DNA from: Mycobacterium sp.
GTDB taxonomy: Bacteria > Actinomycetota > Actinomycetes > Mycobacteriales > Mycobacteriaceae
NCBI GenBank assembly: GCA_016197405.1
Contig: JACPVR010000006.1
Coordinates: forward strand, 96,525 to 160,524
Reading direction: 5' to 3'
DNA: 64,000 nucleotides
Shown here one piece after another: positions 49,704 through 58,631 of the stretch. The notes beneath the pieces are model-generated. The model made no database searches. It had not been told where the DNA came from and was given only the letters and a program-made list of their open reading frames with translations. A program made the position numbers and the translations under genes. The stretch's first letter is position 1; every line of letters starts with the position of its first letter.

Positions 49704-49853
49704 ATGACTTTCGTCATCCAATGGTTGTGGTACCTGTCGGCATTCGTTGTCGGTTCGCTCGTCGCCTGGCTCATCGTCGTGGCGGTCATCCGTCGCACCA
49801 CCGAGGAGGCGGCCATCGCCGACCTGCCCGGCTCCGAGGAGGCCGGGCAATGA
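49704..49853 (+). CDS. arfB: 49-aa single-pass membrane protein ArfB (Rv0900-like); below the ORF-track size cut-off
   Basis: My own translation gives MTFVIQWLWYLSAFVVGSLVAWLIVVAVIRRTTEEAAIADLPGSEEAGQ. GAGGAG lies 7 nt upstream, and the stop overlaps the arfC ATG (ATGA). Confidence 0.6.
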   Translation: MTFVIQWLWYLSAFVVGSLVAWLIVVAVIRRTTEEAAIADLPGSEEAGQ

Positions 49854-50341
49854 CGGACAACGTGAACTGGTGGCTGATGGCCCTGGCATTCGCACTCGGG
49901 CTGGGGCTGACGTCGGTGTTCATGATCCGGCGCGTCAGCCGCGATGTGCCCGTCTACGCGACGTTGGGCCGCGGCCCCGCCGCGGAGAAAGCCGTCACAC
50001 CAGGCGAACCGGAACCGGAAGGCAGTGCCCCCGCCGAGGTCGACATCACCGACGAGGCCCCGGCAGAGATCGACGAGCCCGAAATCTCCGACCCGGAACC
50101 GTCGGCCGAACCACCGGCAGAAGATGTCATTCCGCCCGGGCCGTACGGTCGGGGCTCGGCATGGGCCGGCCCCGATGGCGCGGGGCCGCCCGACTGGGTC
50201 GTCCTGGGCGACGAGCGCGGCATGCGCTATCACACGCCCGACAGCCCGGGCTATTCGGAGAGCACCGCCAAGATCTGGTTCGTCGACGAACAAACCGCAC
50301 GCAATGCCGGTTTCTCCCGATGGGACGACACCGCGGACTGA
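49850..50341 (+). CDS. arfC: membrane-anchored protein ArfC (Rv0901-like)
   Basis: The start is set at ATG 49850, opening MTDNVNWWLMALAFALGLGLTSVFMI (TM). An acidic Pro-rich linker and the conserved C-terminus YHTPDSPGY..IWFVDEQTARNAGF follow. Confidence 0.7.
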   Translation: MTDNVNWWLMALAFALGLGLTSVFMIRRVSRDVPVYATLGRGPAAEKAVTPGEPEPEGSAPAEVDITDEAPAEIDEPEISDPEPSAEPPAEDVIPPGPYGRGSAWAGPDGAGPPDWVVLGDERGMRYHTPDSPGYSESTAKIWFVDEQTARNAGFSRWDDTAD

Positions 50342-50355
50342 GCTGGTGTGCGGCC

Positions 50356-51699
50356 TCAGCTCGGGCCGGGCAGTCGCAGTATGAGCCGCGCCCCACCCAG
50401 CGGACTGGCCTCCAGCGACGCTGTGCCACCGTGAATCTCGGCCTGTTGGGCAACCAGTGCCAATCCCAGGCCCGAGCCGGAATGCGAGGCCGTCGAACCG
50501 CGGGAGAAACGCTCGAACACCAGGGTGCGTTCCTCCTCGGGCACACCGACGCCGTCGTCGTCGATCGCGATCTCGACGCCGGCGCGCGACGGCACCGCCG
50601 ACAGCTGCACCCGGGAAGCGTTGCCGTGTTTGACCGCATTGGCGATGGCGTTGTCCACGGCCAGCCGCAGACCGGCGGGCAGTCCCACGATGATCACCGT
50701 CGGCGCGGGCACCAGTGACACATCGAGATCGGGGTAGACCCGCATGGCGTCGTGGGCGGCGCGATCCAGCAGTTCGGTGATGTCGACGGGCACGTGATCC
50801 TCGTCGGTTGTCAACTCGCCCTGGGCCAATCGCTCCAAGGCGCCCAACGTCGCTTCGATCCGCGACTGGGTGCGGATCACGTCCAGCAGGATCTCCTTGC
50901 GTTGCTCCTCGGGCATCTCCAGGGTGGCCAGCACCTCCAGATTGGTACGCATCGCGGTCAGCGGGGTGCGCAGTTCATGCGCCGAGACGGCCGAGAAGTC
51001 CCGTGCCGACGCCAGCGCCGCCTTGGTGCGGTCCTGTTCTTTCCAGATGCGTTGCAGCATGCCCTTGACGGCCTCGCCGATCTCGACGGCCTCGGTGGCG
51101 CCACTGATCTCGATCTCGGGATCCTCGTCGCCGGCGTCGATGGTGCGGGTCTGCTGCGCGAGGCGTTTGAACGGCCGGACTGCGAAAGTGGCGAGCGCCC
51201 AACCCAATACGGCCGCGGCACCGATAGCGAACGCACAGATCACCAGCACACGTCTGTGTAGGTTGTTGGTTTCGGCGTAGGTGTCGTCATAGGTCGCGCC
51301 GACGGCCACCGACATCGGATCGGGCCGGGTGGGAATCTCGACGGTGCGGACCCGGTAACGGACGCCATCGATGTAGGTGTCGGCGTAGTCGGAGCTCAGC
51401 TTGGGCAGCACCACCGACGAACTCGACTTCACCTCATCGCCGGTGCGCACCGTGATGACGGCGTCCTGATCATTGGGGGAGCGCGGGATCTCGCCGAGGT
51501 CGCGCGGCAGGAACGGGACCGCGAAGCCGGCCGCCTCGTCGAGTCGGCGGTCGAGACGCTCTTTGCGGTCGTTGGTGATACCGACCCACACGATGGCGCC
51601 GACGATGGTGACGACGATGGCCGCGCCGATCGACGTCGCAAACGCCACCCGGGTTCGCAGTGAGGGCGTCCGGTTGAAGACCCGGGACAGCGGTTGCAC
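50356..51699 (-). CDS. prrB: sensor histidine kinase PrrB
   Basis: It has two TM segments and a HAMP region. The H-box is SAHELRTPLTAM, with N/G boxes AIANAVKHG and GSGLGLALV. Confidence 0.9.
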   Translation of the reverse strand: MQPLSRVFNRTPSLRTRVAFATSIGAAIVVTIVGAIVWVGITNDRKERLDRRLDEAAGFAVPFLPRDLGEIPRSPNDQDAVITVRTGDEVKSSSSVVLPKLSSDYADTYIDGVRYRVRTVEIPTRPDPMSVAVGATYDDTYAETNNLHRRVLVICAFAIGAAAVLGWALATFAVRPFKRLAQQTRTIDAGDEDPEIEISGATEAVEIGEAVKGMLQRIWKEQDRTKAALASARDFSAVSAHELRTPLTAMRTNLEVLATLEMPEEQRKEILLDVIRTQSRIEATLGALERLAQGELTTDEDHVPVDITELLDRAAHDAMRVYPDLDVSLVPAPTVIIVGLPAGLRLAVDNAIANAVKHGNASRVQLSAVPSRAGVEIAIDDDGVGVPEEERTLVFERFSRGSTASHSGSGLGLALVAQQAEIHGGTASLEASPLGGARLILRLPGPS

Positions 51700-51710
51700 G
51701 GCGTGGCCCG

Positions 51711-52421
51711 CTACTGAGTCCGCAGGACGAATCCCACTCCGCGGACGGTGTGCAGTAGACGCTGCGCGCCACCGGCTTCGAGTTTGCGGCGCAGATAACC
51801 GATGAAGACGTCGACGACGTTGGTGTCGGCAGCGAAGTCGTAGCCCCAGACCAGTTCCAGCAGTTGCGCGCGGGACAGCACTGCGGTCTTGTGCTCGGCG
51901 AGCACCGCGAGCAGGTCGAATTCCCGTTTGGTCAGGTCGACGTCGATACCGTTGACCCGGGCCCGACGGCCGGGAATGTCCACCTCGAGCGGGCCCACGG
52001 TGATGGTCTCCGAGGAGAAGGTCGCCGTGGCGCCGCGGCGGCGCAGCAGTGCTTTGACCCGGGCCACCAGTTCGGCCAGGACGAAGGGCTTGACCAGGTA
52101 GTCGTCGGCTCCGGCTTCCAGCCCGGCGACCCGGTCGTCGACCGAGGAGCGTGCCGAGAGCACGCAGACCGGCACGTCGTTGTCCATCGCACGCAGCGCT
52201 GTCACCACGCTGACACCGTCGAGTATCGGCATGTTGATATCGAGCACGATGGCGTCGGGGCGGGTCTCGGTGGCGCTGCGCAGAGCCTCGGCGCCGTCGA
52301 CGGCGGTCGACACATCGAACCCGGACAGCCGCAGCCCACGCTCGAGCGAGGCGAGGACGTCCGGATCGTCGTCGACCACCAGCACCCGGGGGGAGGCGGT
52401 ACCACTGTCCATGCCGCCCAT
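51711..52421 (-). CDS. prrA: OmpR-family response regulator PrrA
   Basis: The receiver is [12 protein letters not shown]...[10 protein letters not shown] and the winged-helix output is [15 protein letters not shown]...[13 protein letters not shown]. Confidence 0.9.
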   Translation of the reverse strand: MGGMDSGTASPRVLVVDDDPDVLASLERGLRLSGFDVSTAVDGAEALRSATETRPDAIVLDINMPILDGVSVVTALRAMDNDVPVCVLSARSSVDDRVAGLEAGADDYLVKPFVLAELVARVKALLRRRGATATFSSETITVGPLEVDIPGRRARVNGIDVDLTKREFDLLAVLAEHKTAVLSRAQLLELVWGYDFAADTNVVDVFIGYLRRKLEAGGAQRLLHTVRGVGFVLRTQ

Positions 52422-52548
52422 CTTGCCTGATCGAGTACCTCAGCCGTCGGAGGCGCGTGCGCCACGCGACACGGCCACGTCAACGATTGCTGAACATTGT
52501 GTCGTTGATCAGGCGGGGGGAATGTGCAGGTGCTAGCGTCCCGAACTT

Positions 52549-53538
52549 GTGTCGCTGAACGCCTCTGATCTGATCGTCCAACCCGACGACGGCGTCGAAC
52601 CGGTGCGCGCCTTCATCGCCAGTGCGCAATCCGCGTTGCTGATAAAGCAGTTCACCTTCACCGAGGAAACCCTCATCGACGCGGTGATCGAGCGCAGGAA
52701 CGCCGGTGTCGCGGTGCGGGTGATGCTCAATCCGGCGCGTTCGGGAGGCGACCGCGCCAATGACGAGACCTTTGCGCGGTTGCAGGCCGCCGGTGTCGAC
52801 GTGGCGTGGTCGAATCCGAAGTTCTACGTCACCCACGAGAAGTCGATCGTGGTGGACAAGACCGCGGCGATGGTCGCGACCTACAACCTGATGGTCAAGT
52901 ACTTCACGCTGACCCGCGACTACGGCATCATCACCCGCGAACCACAGCACGTCGCGCAGATCACCGAGGTTTTCGACGCCGACTGGGAACACCGCGACTG
53001 GCGGCCCGATGTGTACGAGGGCCTGCTGTGGAGCAACTCCAATTCGCGCAACCACATGGCGTGGTTCATCGACTCCGCTCAGGAGCGCCTCGACATCCAG
53101 CATCCCAAGTATGTCGACGCCGCCATCCTGGATCGCATCGCCGCGGCCTCCGAGCGCGGTGTGAAGGTGCGCATTCTGTGTGGCGGTAGGCACGGCATCA
53201 GCGAATGGGATGTGCTGGACACCTTCGCCTCGCTGCGCACCCTGCGCAGGCTCGGCGTCAAGGTGCACAAGCAGAAGAACCTGCGGCTGCACGCCAAACT
53301 GCTGATCGCCGACCGCAGCCGGGCCCTGGTCGGCTCGATGAACATCGACCGCAGTGCCTTCGATCTGCGCCGCGAACTCGGTATCACCATCGACGACCCG
53401 GAGGTCGTCGCGCGGCTCAAGGATGTCTTCGACGGCGACTGGAAGAGTTCACACCACTACGAGCCGCCGGATCCGCTCGATCCGAGCACCCACCATGAGG
53501 ACGACTTTCCGCACGACCACGATCTGAAGCATGAATGA
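52549..53538 (+). CDS. phospholipase-D-superfamily protein with two HKD motifs and a His/Asp-rich tail
   Basis: HKD-1 is YVTHEKSIVVDKTAAMVATYN and HKD-2 is LRLHAKLLIADRSRALVGSMN. There is no signal peptide or TM segment. The tail is SSHHYEPPDPLDPSTHHEDDFPHDHDLKHE. It has a GTG start, and its 3' end overlaps the next gene by 8 nt. Confidence 0.8.
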   Translation: MSLNASDLIVQPDDGVEPVRAFIASAQSALLIKQFTFTEETLIDAVIERRNAGVAVRVMLNPARSGGDRANDETFARLQAAGVDVAWSNPKFYVTHEKSIVVDKTAAMVATYNLMVKYFTLTRDYGIITREPQHVAQITEVFDADWEHRDWRPDVYEGLLWSNSNSRNHMAWFIDSAQERLDIQHPKYVDAAILDRIAAASERGVKVRILCGGRHGISEWDVLDTFASLRTLRRLGVKVHKQKNLRLHAKLLIADRSRALVGSMNIDRSAFDLRRELGITIDDPEVVARLKDVFDGDWKSSHHYEPPDPLDPSTHHEDDFPHDHDLKHE

Positions 53539-54103
53539 CAGCGTCGCCCCGCCGCGGGCATCGCTGATCGAGATCGCGTGGACTTTCAACCACATCGCAC
53601 TGGCTTCGTTCGGCGGCGGCCTCTCGGCGTGGTCACGCGAGGTCTTGGTGGTCGAGAAGCGTTGGATGGGTGAGGAGGAGTTCCTCTCCGCCATGACGAT
53701 GTGCCGGATCCTGCCCGGCGCCAACCAGGTCAACATGGCGGTGTTCGCCGGGACCAAGATGCGTGGCCTGCTCGGCGCTGGCGCCGCCATCTTCGGTCTG
53801 TGTTTCGTGCCGGTCATCCTGATGCTCGTGGCCGGGTACTTCTACTTCCGCTTCAAGGAGATCCCGCAGGTCAAGGGCGCCCTGCACGGCGCGTCGACGG
53901 CGGCGGTCGCGCTGACGGTGGCAATGGTCATCAAGACCGGCCAGAAATGCCTGACCGGTGTGGTGCCGCTGCTGCTGTTCGGCGCGGCGTTCGTGCTCAA
54001 CGGGCTGCTGCGCTGGCCCCTGCTGGTCACGCTGGCGATCCTGGCGCCGTTGAGCCTGCTGTGGGCCTGGCCGCGCGGGCGGACCCCCGACACCGCGTCG
54101 TGA
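53531..54103 (+). CDS. chromate transporter family protein, N-terminal-type half (split ChrA)
   Basis: SFGGGLSAWSREVLVVEKRWMGEEEFLSAMTMCRILPGANQVNMAVF is the CHR-family motif. The protein is 190 aa and hydrophobic. Confidence 0.8.
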   Translation: MNDSVAPPRASLIEIAWTFNHIALASFGGGLSAWSREVLVVEKRWMGEEEFLSAMTMCRILPGANQVNMAVFAGTKMRGLLGAGAAIFGLCFVPVILMLVAGYFYFRFKEIPQVKGALHGASTAAVALTVAMVIKTGQKCLTGVVPLLLFGAAFVLNGLLRWPLLVTLAILAPLSLLWAWPRGRTPDTAS

Positions 54104-54645
54104 GCACCTATCTGCACATTGCCGGGCTGTTCGGCATGCTCTCGCTGCTGTCGATCGGCGGCGGCAACGTGGTGCTGCCGGAAATGCACCTGCGCGCGGT
54201 CAACGACAACCACTGGCTCACCGGATCGCAGTTCGCCGACGTGTTCTCCATCTCGCAGGCCGCACCGGGCCCGAGCATCCTGATCGTGACGCTGGTGGGT
54301 TACGGCGCCGGTGTGCAGGTCGGCGGGGTTCCCGGCGGCATCCTGGGCGGCGTCATCGCGACGGTGGCGATGGTGCTGCCCGCCGCCTCACTGGTGTACG
54401 TCGTCACGCAGTTCTGGCAGAAGGCGCAGGAATCCAACTGGCGGATCGCCGTCGAGAAGGGTTTCGCGCCGTTGACCGTGGGTTTGATCCTGGCCACCTC
54501 GCTGGTGATGAGCCGGGCCGCCGACCATGACTGGGAGGCATACCTGATCACCGCGGTCTGCACGGTGCTGTTCGTCCGTACCAAGATCAACCCACTGATC
54601 GTGGTCGGTGCGGCGGCCCTGATCGGCTATTTCGGGCTGGTGTGA
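54100..54645 (+). CDS. chromate transporter family protein, C-terminal-type half (split ChrA)
   Basis: SIGGGNVVLPEMHLRAVNDNHWLTGSQFADVFSISQAAPGPSIL is the second CHR repeat. GTG 54100 overlaps the upstream stop (GTGA). Confidence 0.8.
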   Translation: MSTYLHIAGLFGMLSLLSIGGGNVVLPEMHLRAVNDNHWLTGSQFADVFSISQAAPGPSILIVTLVGYGAGVQVGGVPGGILGGVIATVAMVLPAASLVYVVTQFWQKAQESNWRIAVEKGFAPLTVGLILATSLVMSRAADHDWEAYLITAVCTVLFVRTKINPLIVVGAAALIGYFGLV

Positions 54646-54696
54646 CGGCGACACCCCGGGGAAGCCTTTGACCTCATCTTTTGTTGAGGTTTTACC

Positions 54697-56589
54697 GTGG
54701 GGACAATGAACATCGAAACAGCGGCCCGGCAGAGCCTGTACCGGCAGATGCGGGCTCCCGGCGGGGAGGTGTGCGGTCTGATGGACCGCAACCTGCTGCG
54801 ACGAATCTGGACCTTTTCCGCACGCCATCACCGCCGACTGGCGGTTTTCGTGGCGATCAGCGTGCTCAGCGCCCTGCTGGCGGTCGCCACGCCGGTGCTG
54901 GCCGGCCGCGTCGTCGACGAGATCGTGCGCGGCGGCGCCCCGACCGTGGTCGTCGTCCTGGCGTTGATCATTGCCGCGGTGGCGCTCGCCGAGACCGCGG
55001 TGACGATGCTCACCCGCTGGTTGTCCTCGACGATCGGGGAGGGCCTGATCCTGGATCTGCGCACCGCGGTGTTCGACCACGTGCAGAAGATGCCGGTGGC
55101 CTTCTTCACCCGCACCCGGACCGGTGCACTGGTCAGCCGGCTGGGCAACGACGTCGTCGGTGCGCAACGCGCCTTCTCCGACACCCTCTCCGGAGTGGTC
55201 TCCAATATCGTCACGCTCACCCTGACGCTGGCGGTCATGGTGAGCATCTCCTGGCAGATCACCGTGTTGGCACTTGTGCTCGCGCCGCTGTTCCTGCTGC
55301 CCGCCCGCCGCATCGGTCGCACCATGGCCGGGCTGAGCCGAGAATCGGCCGTCCACAACGCCACCATGAACGCGCAGATGACCGAACGGTTCTCGGCCCC
55401 CGGCGCAACCCTGATCAAGCTCTTCGGCAATCCGGCGCGCGAGTCGCGGGAATTCGCCCAGCGGGCCGATCGGGTCCGCGAGATCGGGGTCAAGTCCTCG
55501 ATGCTGCAGGCGACCTTCATGAACTCGCTGACGCTGATGTCGGCGCTGGCCCTGGCCCTGGTGTACGGGCTCGGCGGCGTGCTGGCCATCGGTGGGCATC
55601 TGCAGGCCGGAGCCATCGTGTCGCTGGCGCTGCTGCTGACCCGGCTGTATGCGCCGTTGACCGCATTGGCCAACGCGCACGTCGAGATCGCCAGCGCGCT
55701 GGTCAGTTTCGATCGGGTCTTCGAGGTACTCGACCTGGTGCCGCTGATCCGCCAGAAGCCCGATGCGATCCCGGTGCCGGCCGGCCCGGTCGCCGTCGAG
55801 TTCGACGATGTCCGGTTCTCCTACCCGTCGGCCGACCAGGTCTCGCTGGCATCGCTGGAAGATGTCGCGGTGCTCGACGACCGCGGTGGAGACGAGGTGC
55901 TGCACGGCATCTCCTTCGCGGCCGCGCCGGGCCAGATGGTGGCGCTGGTCGGTTCCTCCGGCGCCGGGAAATCGACGGTCGCGGCCCTGCTGGCCCGGCT
56001 CTACGATGTCGACTCCGGGGCGATCCGGCTCGCCGGTGTGGACGTCCGCGATCTGACCACCGATTCGGTGCGCGACGCGGTCGGCCTGGTCACCCAGGAC
56101 GGGCATCTGTTCCACGAATCCATTCGCGCCAACCTGACCCTCGGCGCAGCAGAGGGTGTCACCGACGACGACCTGTGGGTGGCACTGCGGCGCGCCCGGC
56201 TCGACGATGTGGTGGCGCAGATGCCCGACGGGCTGGACACCGTCGTCGGTGAACGGGGCTACCGGCTCTCCGGCGGGCAGCGTCAACGGCTGACCATCGC
56301 CCGGCTCCTCCTGGGCGACGCCAGCGTCGTGATTCTCGACGAGGCCACCGCGTCGTTGGATTCCACCTCGGAAGTAGCTGTCCAGCAGGCACTTTCGGAA
56401 GCGCTCGCCGGCCGCACCGCGCTCGTCATCGCGCACCGGCTCTCGACCGTGCGTGCCGCCGACCTCATCCTCGTCGTCGAGGACGGACACATCGCCGAGC
56501 GCGGCACGCATCGGCAGTTGCTCGCCCGCGGTGGCCGCTACGCCGAGTTGTACAAGACCCAGTTCGGTGACGATCTGGCCGTGGCGTGA
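54697..56589 (+). CDS. ABC exporter, fused permease-ATPase, canonical NBD (homodimer type)
   Basis: It has a 6-TM exporter domain, then Walker A GSSGAGKS, Q-loop LVTQDGHLF, signature LSGGQRQR, Walker B VVILDEATASLD and H-loop VIAHRLST. ATG 54706 is an alternative start. Confidence 0.85.
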   Translation: MGTMNIETAARQSLYRQMRAPGGEVCGLMDRNLLRRIWTFSARHHRRLAVFVAISVLSALLAVATPVLAGRVVDEIVRGGAPTVVVVLALIIAAVALAETAVTMLTRWLSSTIGEGLILDLRTAVFDHVQKMPVAFFTRTRTGALVSRLGNDVVGAQRAFSDTLSGVVSNIVTLTLTLAVMVSISWQITVLALVLAPLFLLPARRIGRTMAGLSRESAVHNATMNAQMTERFSAPGATLIKLFGNPARESREFAQRADRVREIGVKSSMLQATFMNSLTLMSALALALVYGLGGVLAIGGHLQAGAIVSLALLLTRLYAPLTALANAHVEIASALVSFDRVFEVLDLVPLIRQKPDAIPVPAGPVAVEFDDVRFSYPSADQVSLASLEDVAVLDDRGGDEVLHGISFAAAPGQMVALVGSSGAGKSTVAALLARLYDVDSGAIRLAGVDVRDLTTDSVRDAVGLVTQDGHLFHESIRANLTLGAAEGVTDDDLWVALRRARLDDVVAQMPDGLDTVVGERGYRLSGGQRQRLTIARLLLGDASVVILDEATASLDSTSEVAVQQALSEALAGRTALVIAHRLSTVRAADLILVVEDGHIAERGTHRQLLARGGRYAELYKTQFGDDLAVA

Positions 56590-56719
56590 GACGCGAGGTT
56601 AATGAGTTGCCGGGCGTGGGAACATCGGAGTGGGGTGGGGCGGCCGAGTCCGCCGGCGACAGTGTTGTCACACGGGTCGGGTAAGCAGTTATCAGTCGGG
56701 TCACGGTATAGGCGGACGC

Positions 56720-58624
56720 ATGCGTGGTGAGCAGGGCCGGATAGCTCCGGCGCCCCGTCGCATCCGCAGGTCCTCGGACCTGATCCGGCTGCTGCCGTAC
56801 CTGATGCCGTATCGCGCGCGCTGGATCGCGATGCTCGTCGTCGCGCTGGCCAGCCTGGTCGCCACCATCGCGATCCCCTTGATGACCAAGGCCGTGATCG
56901 ACGGCCCGGTGCGCCATCAGGACCAGCGCGGCCTGTGGATCCTGGGCACCGCAGCCCTGGGCGTAGGCATCACCGAAGCGGTGCTGTGGTTCATCAGACG
57001 CTGGCTGGTCGCCCGCGCCACCATGGGCGTCGAGGCCGATATCCGCAAGGACCTCTACGCCAGGCTGCAGGTATTGCCGATGTCCTTCCACGGCCGCTGG
57101 CAGTCCGGGCAGCTGCTGTCCCGGGTGATGAACGATCTGTCGGCGATCCGCCGATTCCTGTCGTTCGGTCTGGTTTTCCTGCTGCTCAACGTCGTCCAGA
57201 TCGTCGTCGTGACGGCCATCCTGCTGGCGATGTACTGGCCGCTCGGCGTCGTCGTGGTGGTGTCGATCCTGCCGATAACGCTGACGGTGCTGCACTTCGA
57301 GCGCGAGTTCACCCGGCTGTCCCGCCAAGCTCAGGACCAGTCCGGTGTGGTGGCCACCCACGTCGAAGAGGCCGCCCTGGGTGTGCGGGTGGTCAAGTCG
57401 TTCGGCCGTGAGCAATACGTCTTCGACCGGTTCGACGCCGAGGCCCGCGACCTGTACGAAACCCAGGTCGGCAAGGTCAAGGTGTCGGCGAACTTCTGGA
57501 CCCTGCTGGAGGTGATCCCCAACCTGACCCTGATCGTGGTGCTCGGGTTCGGTGCCTACGCGGCGGGCCACGGTCTGGTCACCATGGGCACTCTGGTCGC
57601 GTTCATCACCATGATGCTGTCGCTGGTGTGGCCCATCGCCTCGCTGGGTTTCCTGCTGTCGATGATGCAGGAGTCGATGACGGCAGCCAACCGGGTCGCC
57701 GAGATCTTCGACGCACCAACGGAGATCACCGACGGTCCGGTCGACGAGGTGCCGCGCGGTGGCCGGCTGGAGCTCGTCGATGTCGGGTTCCGGTTCCCGG
57801 ACAGCGAGACGTGGGCCCTTCGGCACGTCGACCTGACCGTCGAGCCTGGGGAGACGATCGCCCTGGTGGGTTCCACCGGTTCCGGTAAGTCGGTGCTCGC
57901 GGCTCTGCTGTCGCGGTTGCACGATGTCACCGAGGGCCAGATCCGGCTCGACGGTGTCGACATTCGCGAGTTGAGCCTGCCGGCGCTGCGGCAGGCGGTC
58001 GCGACCGCTTTCGAGGACCCGACGCTGTTCTCGATGTCGGTGGCCGAGAACCTCCGGCTGGGTCGTGCCGACGCGACCGACGAGGAACTGGCACATGCCG
58101 TCGAGGTTGCCGCCGCGCAGTTCGTCTACGACTTGCCCTACGGCCTGGACACCCGCATCGGTGAGCAGGGGATGAGCTTGTCGGGTGGCCAACGTCAACG
58201 CCTGTCGTTGGCTCGCGCCATCCTGGCCGCGCCCAGCGTGCTGGTGCTCGACGACACGCTGTCCGCGCTCGACGTGCACACCGAGGCCAAGGTGACCGCG
58301 GCCCTGCGGGATGTGCTGGGGGCGGTCTCGGGTGTCGTGGTGGCCAACCGTGCATCGACGGTGCTGCTCGCCGACCGGGTCGCGCTGCTCGACAAGGGCA
58401 CCATCACCCACGTCGGCACCCACGCCGAACTGCTGGCGACCGTCCCGCAGTATCGCTACCTGCTGGCGGCCGACGACGAACTCGACGAAGACCTCGAACG
58501 CACCCCCGTCTGGGAGGCCGACGACGAGTGGGACGCGCTGAGCCGCGCCTACGAGGAATCCGAACACGACGAGTCCGGACACCGAGCGTCCGAACACCGT
58601 GAATTCGAAAACCGGGGGAGGTGA
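56720..58624 (+). CDS. ABC exporter half-transporter with degenerate NBD (heterodimer partner A)
   Basis: It has Walker A GSTGSGKS and signature LSGGQRQR. However, Walker B is VLVLDDTLSALD (Asp for the catalytic Glu), the H-loop is VVANRAST (Asn for His) and the Q-loop is AFEDPTLF (Glu for Gln). It has an acidic C-terminal tail. The start is set at ATG 56720. Confidence 0.85.
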   Translation: MRGEQGRIAPAPRRIRRSSDLIRLLPYLMPYRARWIAMLVVALASLVATIAIPLMTKAVIDGPVRHQDQRGLWILGTAALGVGITEAVLWFIRRWLVARATMGVEADIRKDLYARLQVLPMSFHGRWQSGQLLSRVMNDLSAIRRFLSFGLVFLLLNVVQIVVVTAILLAMYWPLGVVVVVSILPITLTVLHFEREFTRLSRQAQDQSGVVATHVEEAALGVRVVKSFGREQYVFDRFDAEARDLYETQVGKVKVSANFWTLLEVIPNLTLIVVLGFGAYAAGHGLVTMGTLVAFITMMLSLVWPIASLGFLLSMMQESMTAANRVAEIFDAPTEITDGPVDEVPRGGRLELVDVGFRFPDSETWALRHVDLTVEPGETIALVGSTGSGKSVLAALLSRLHDVTEGQIRLDGVDIRELSLPALRQAVATAFEDPTLFSMSVAENLRLGRADATDEELAHAVEVAAAQFVYDLPYGLDTRIGEQGMSLSGGQRQRLSLARAILAAPSVLVLDDTLSALDVHTEAKVTAALRDVLGAVSGVVVANRASTVLLADRVALLDKGTITHVGTHAELLATVPQYRYLLAADDELDEDLERTPVWEADDEWDALSRAYEESEHDESGHRASEHREFENRGR

Positions 58625-58631
58625 ACCGCCG

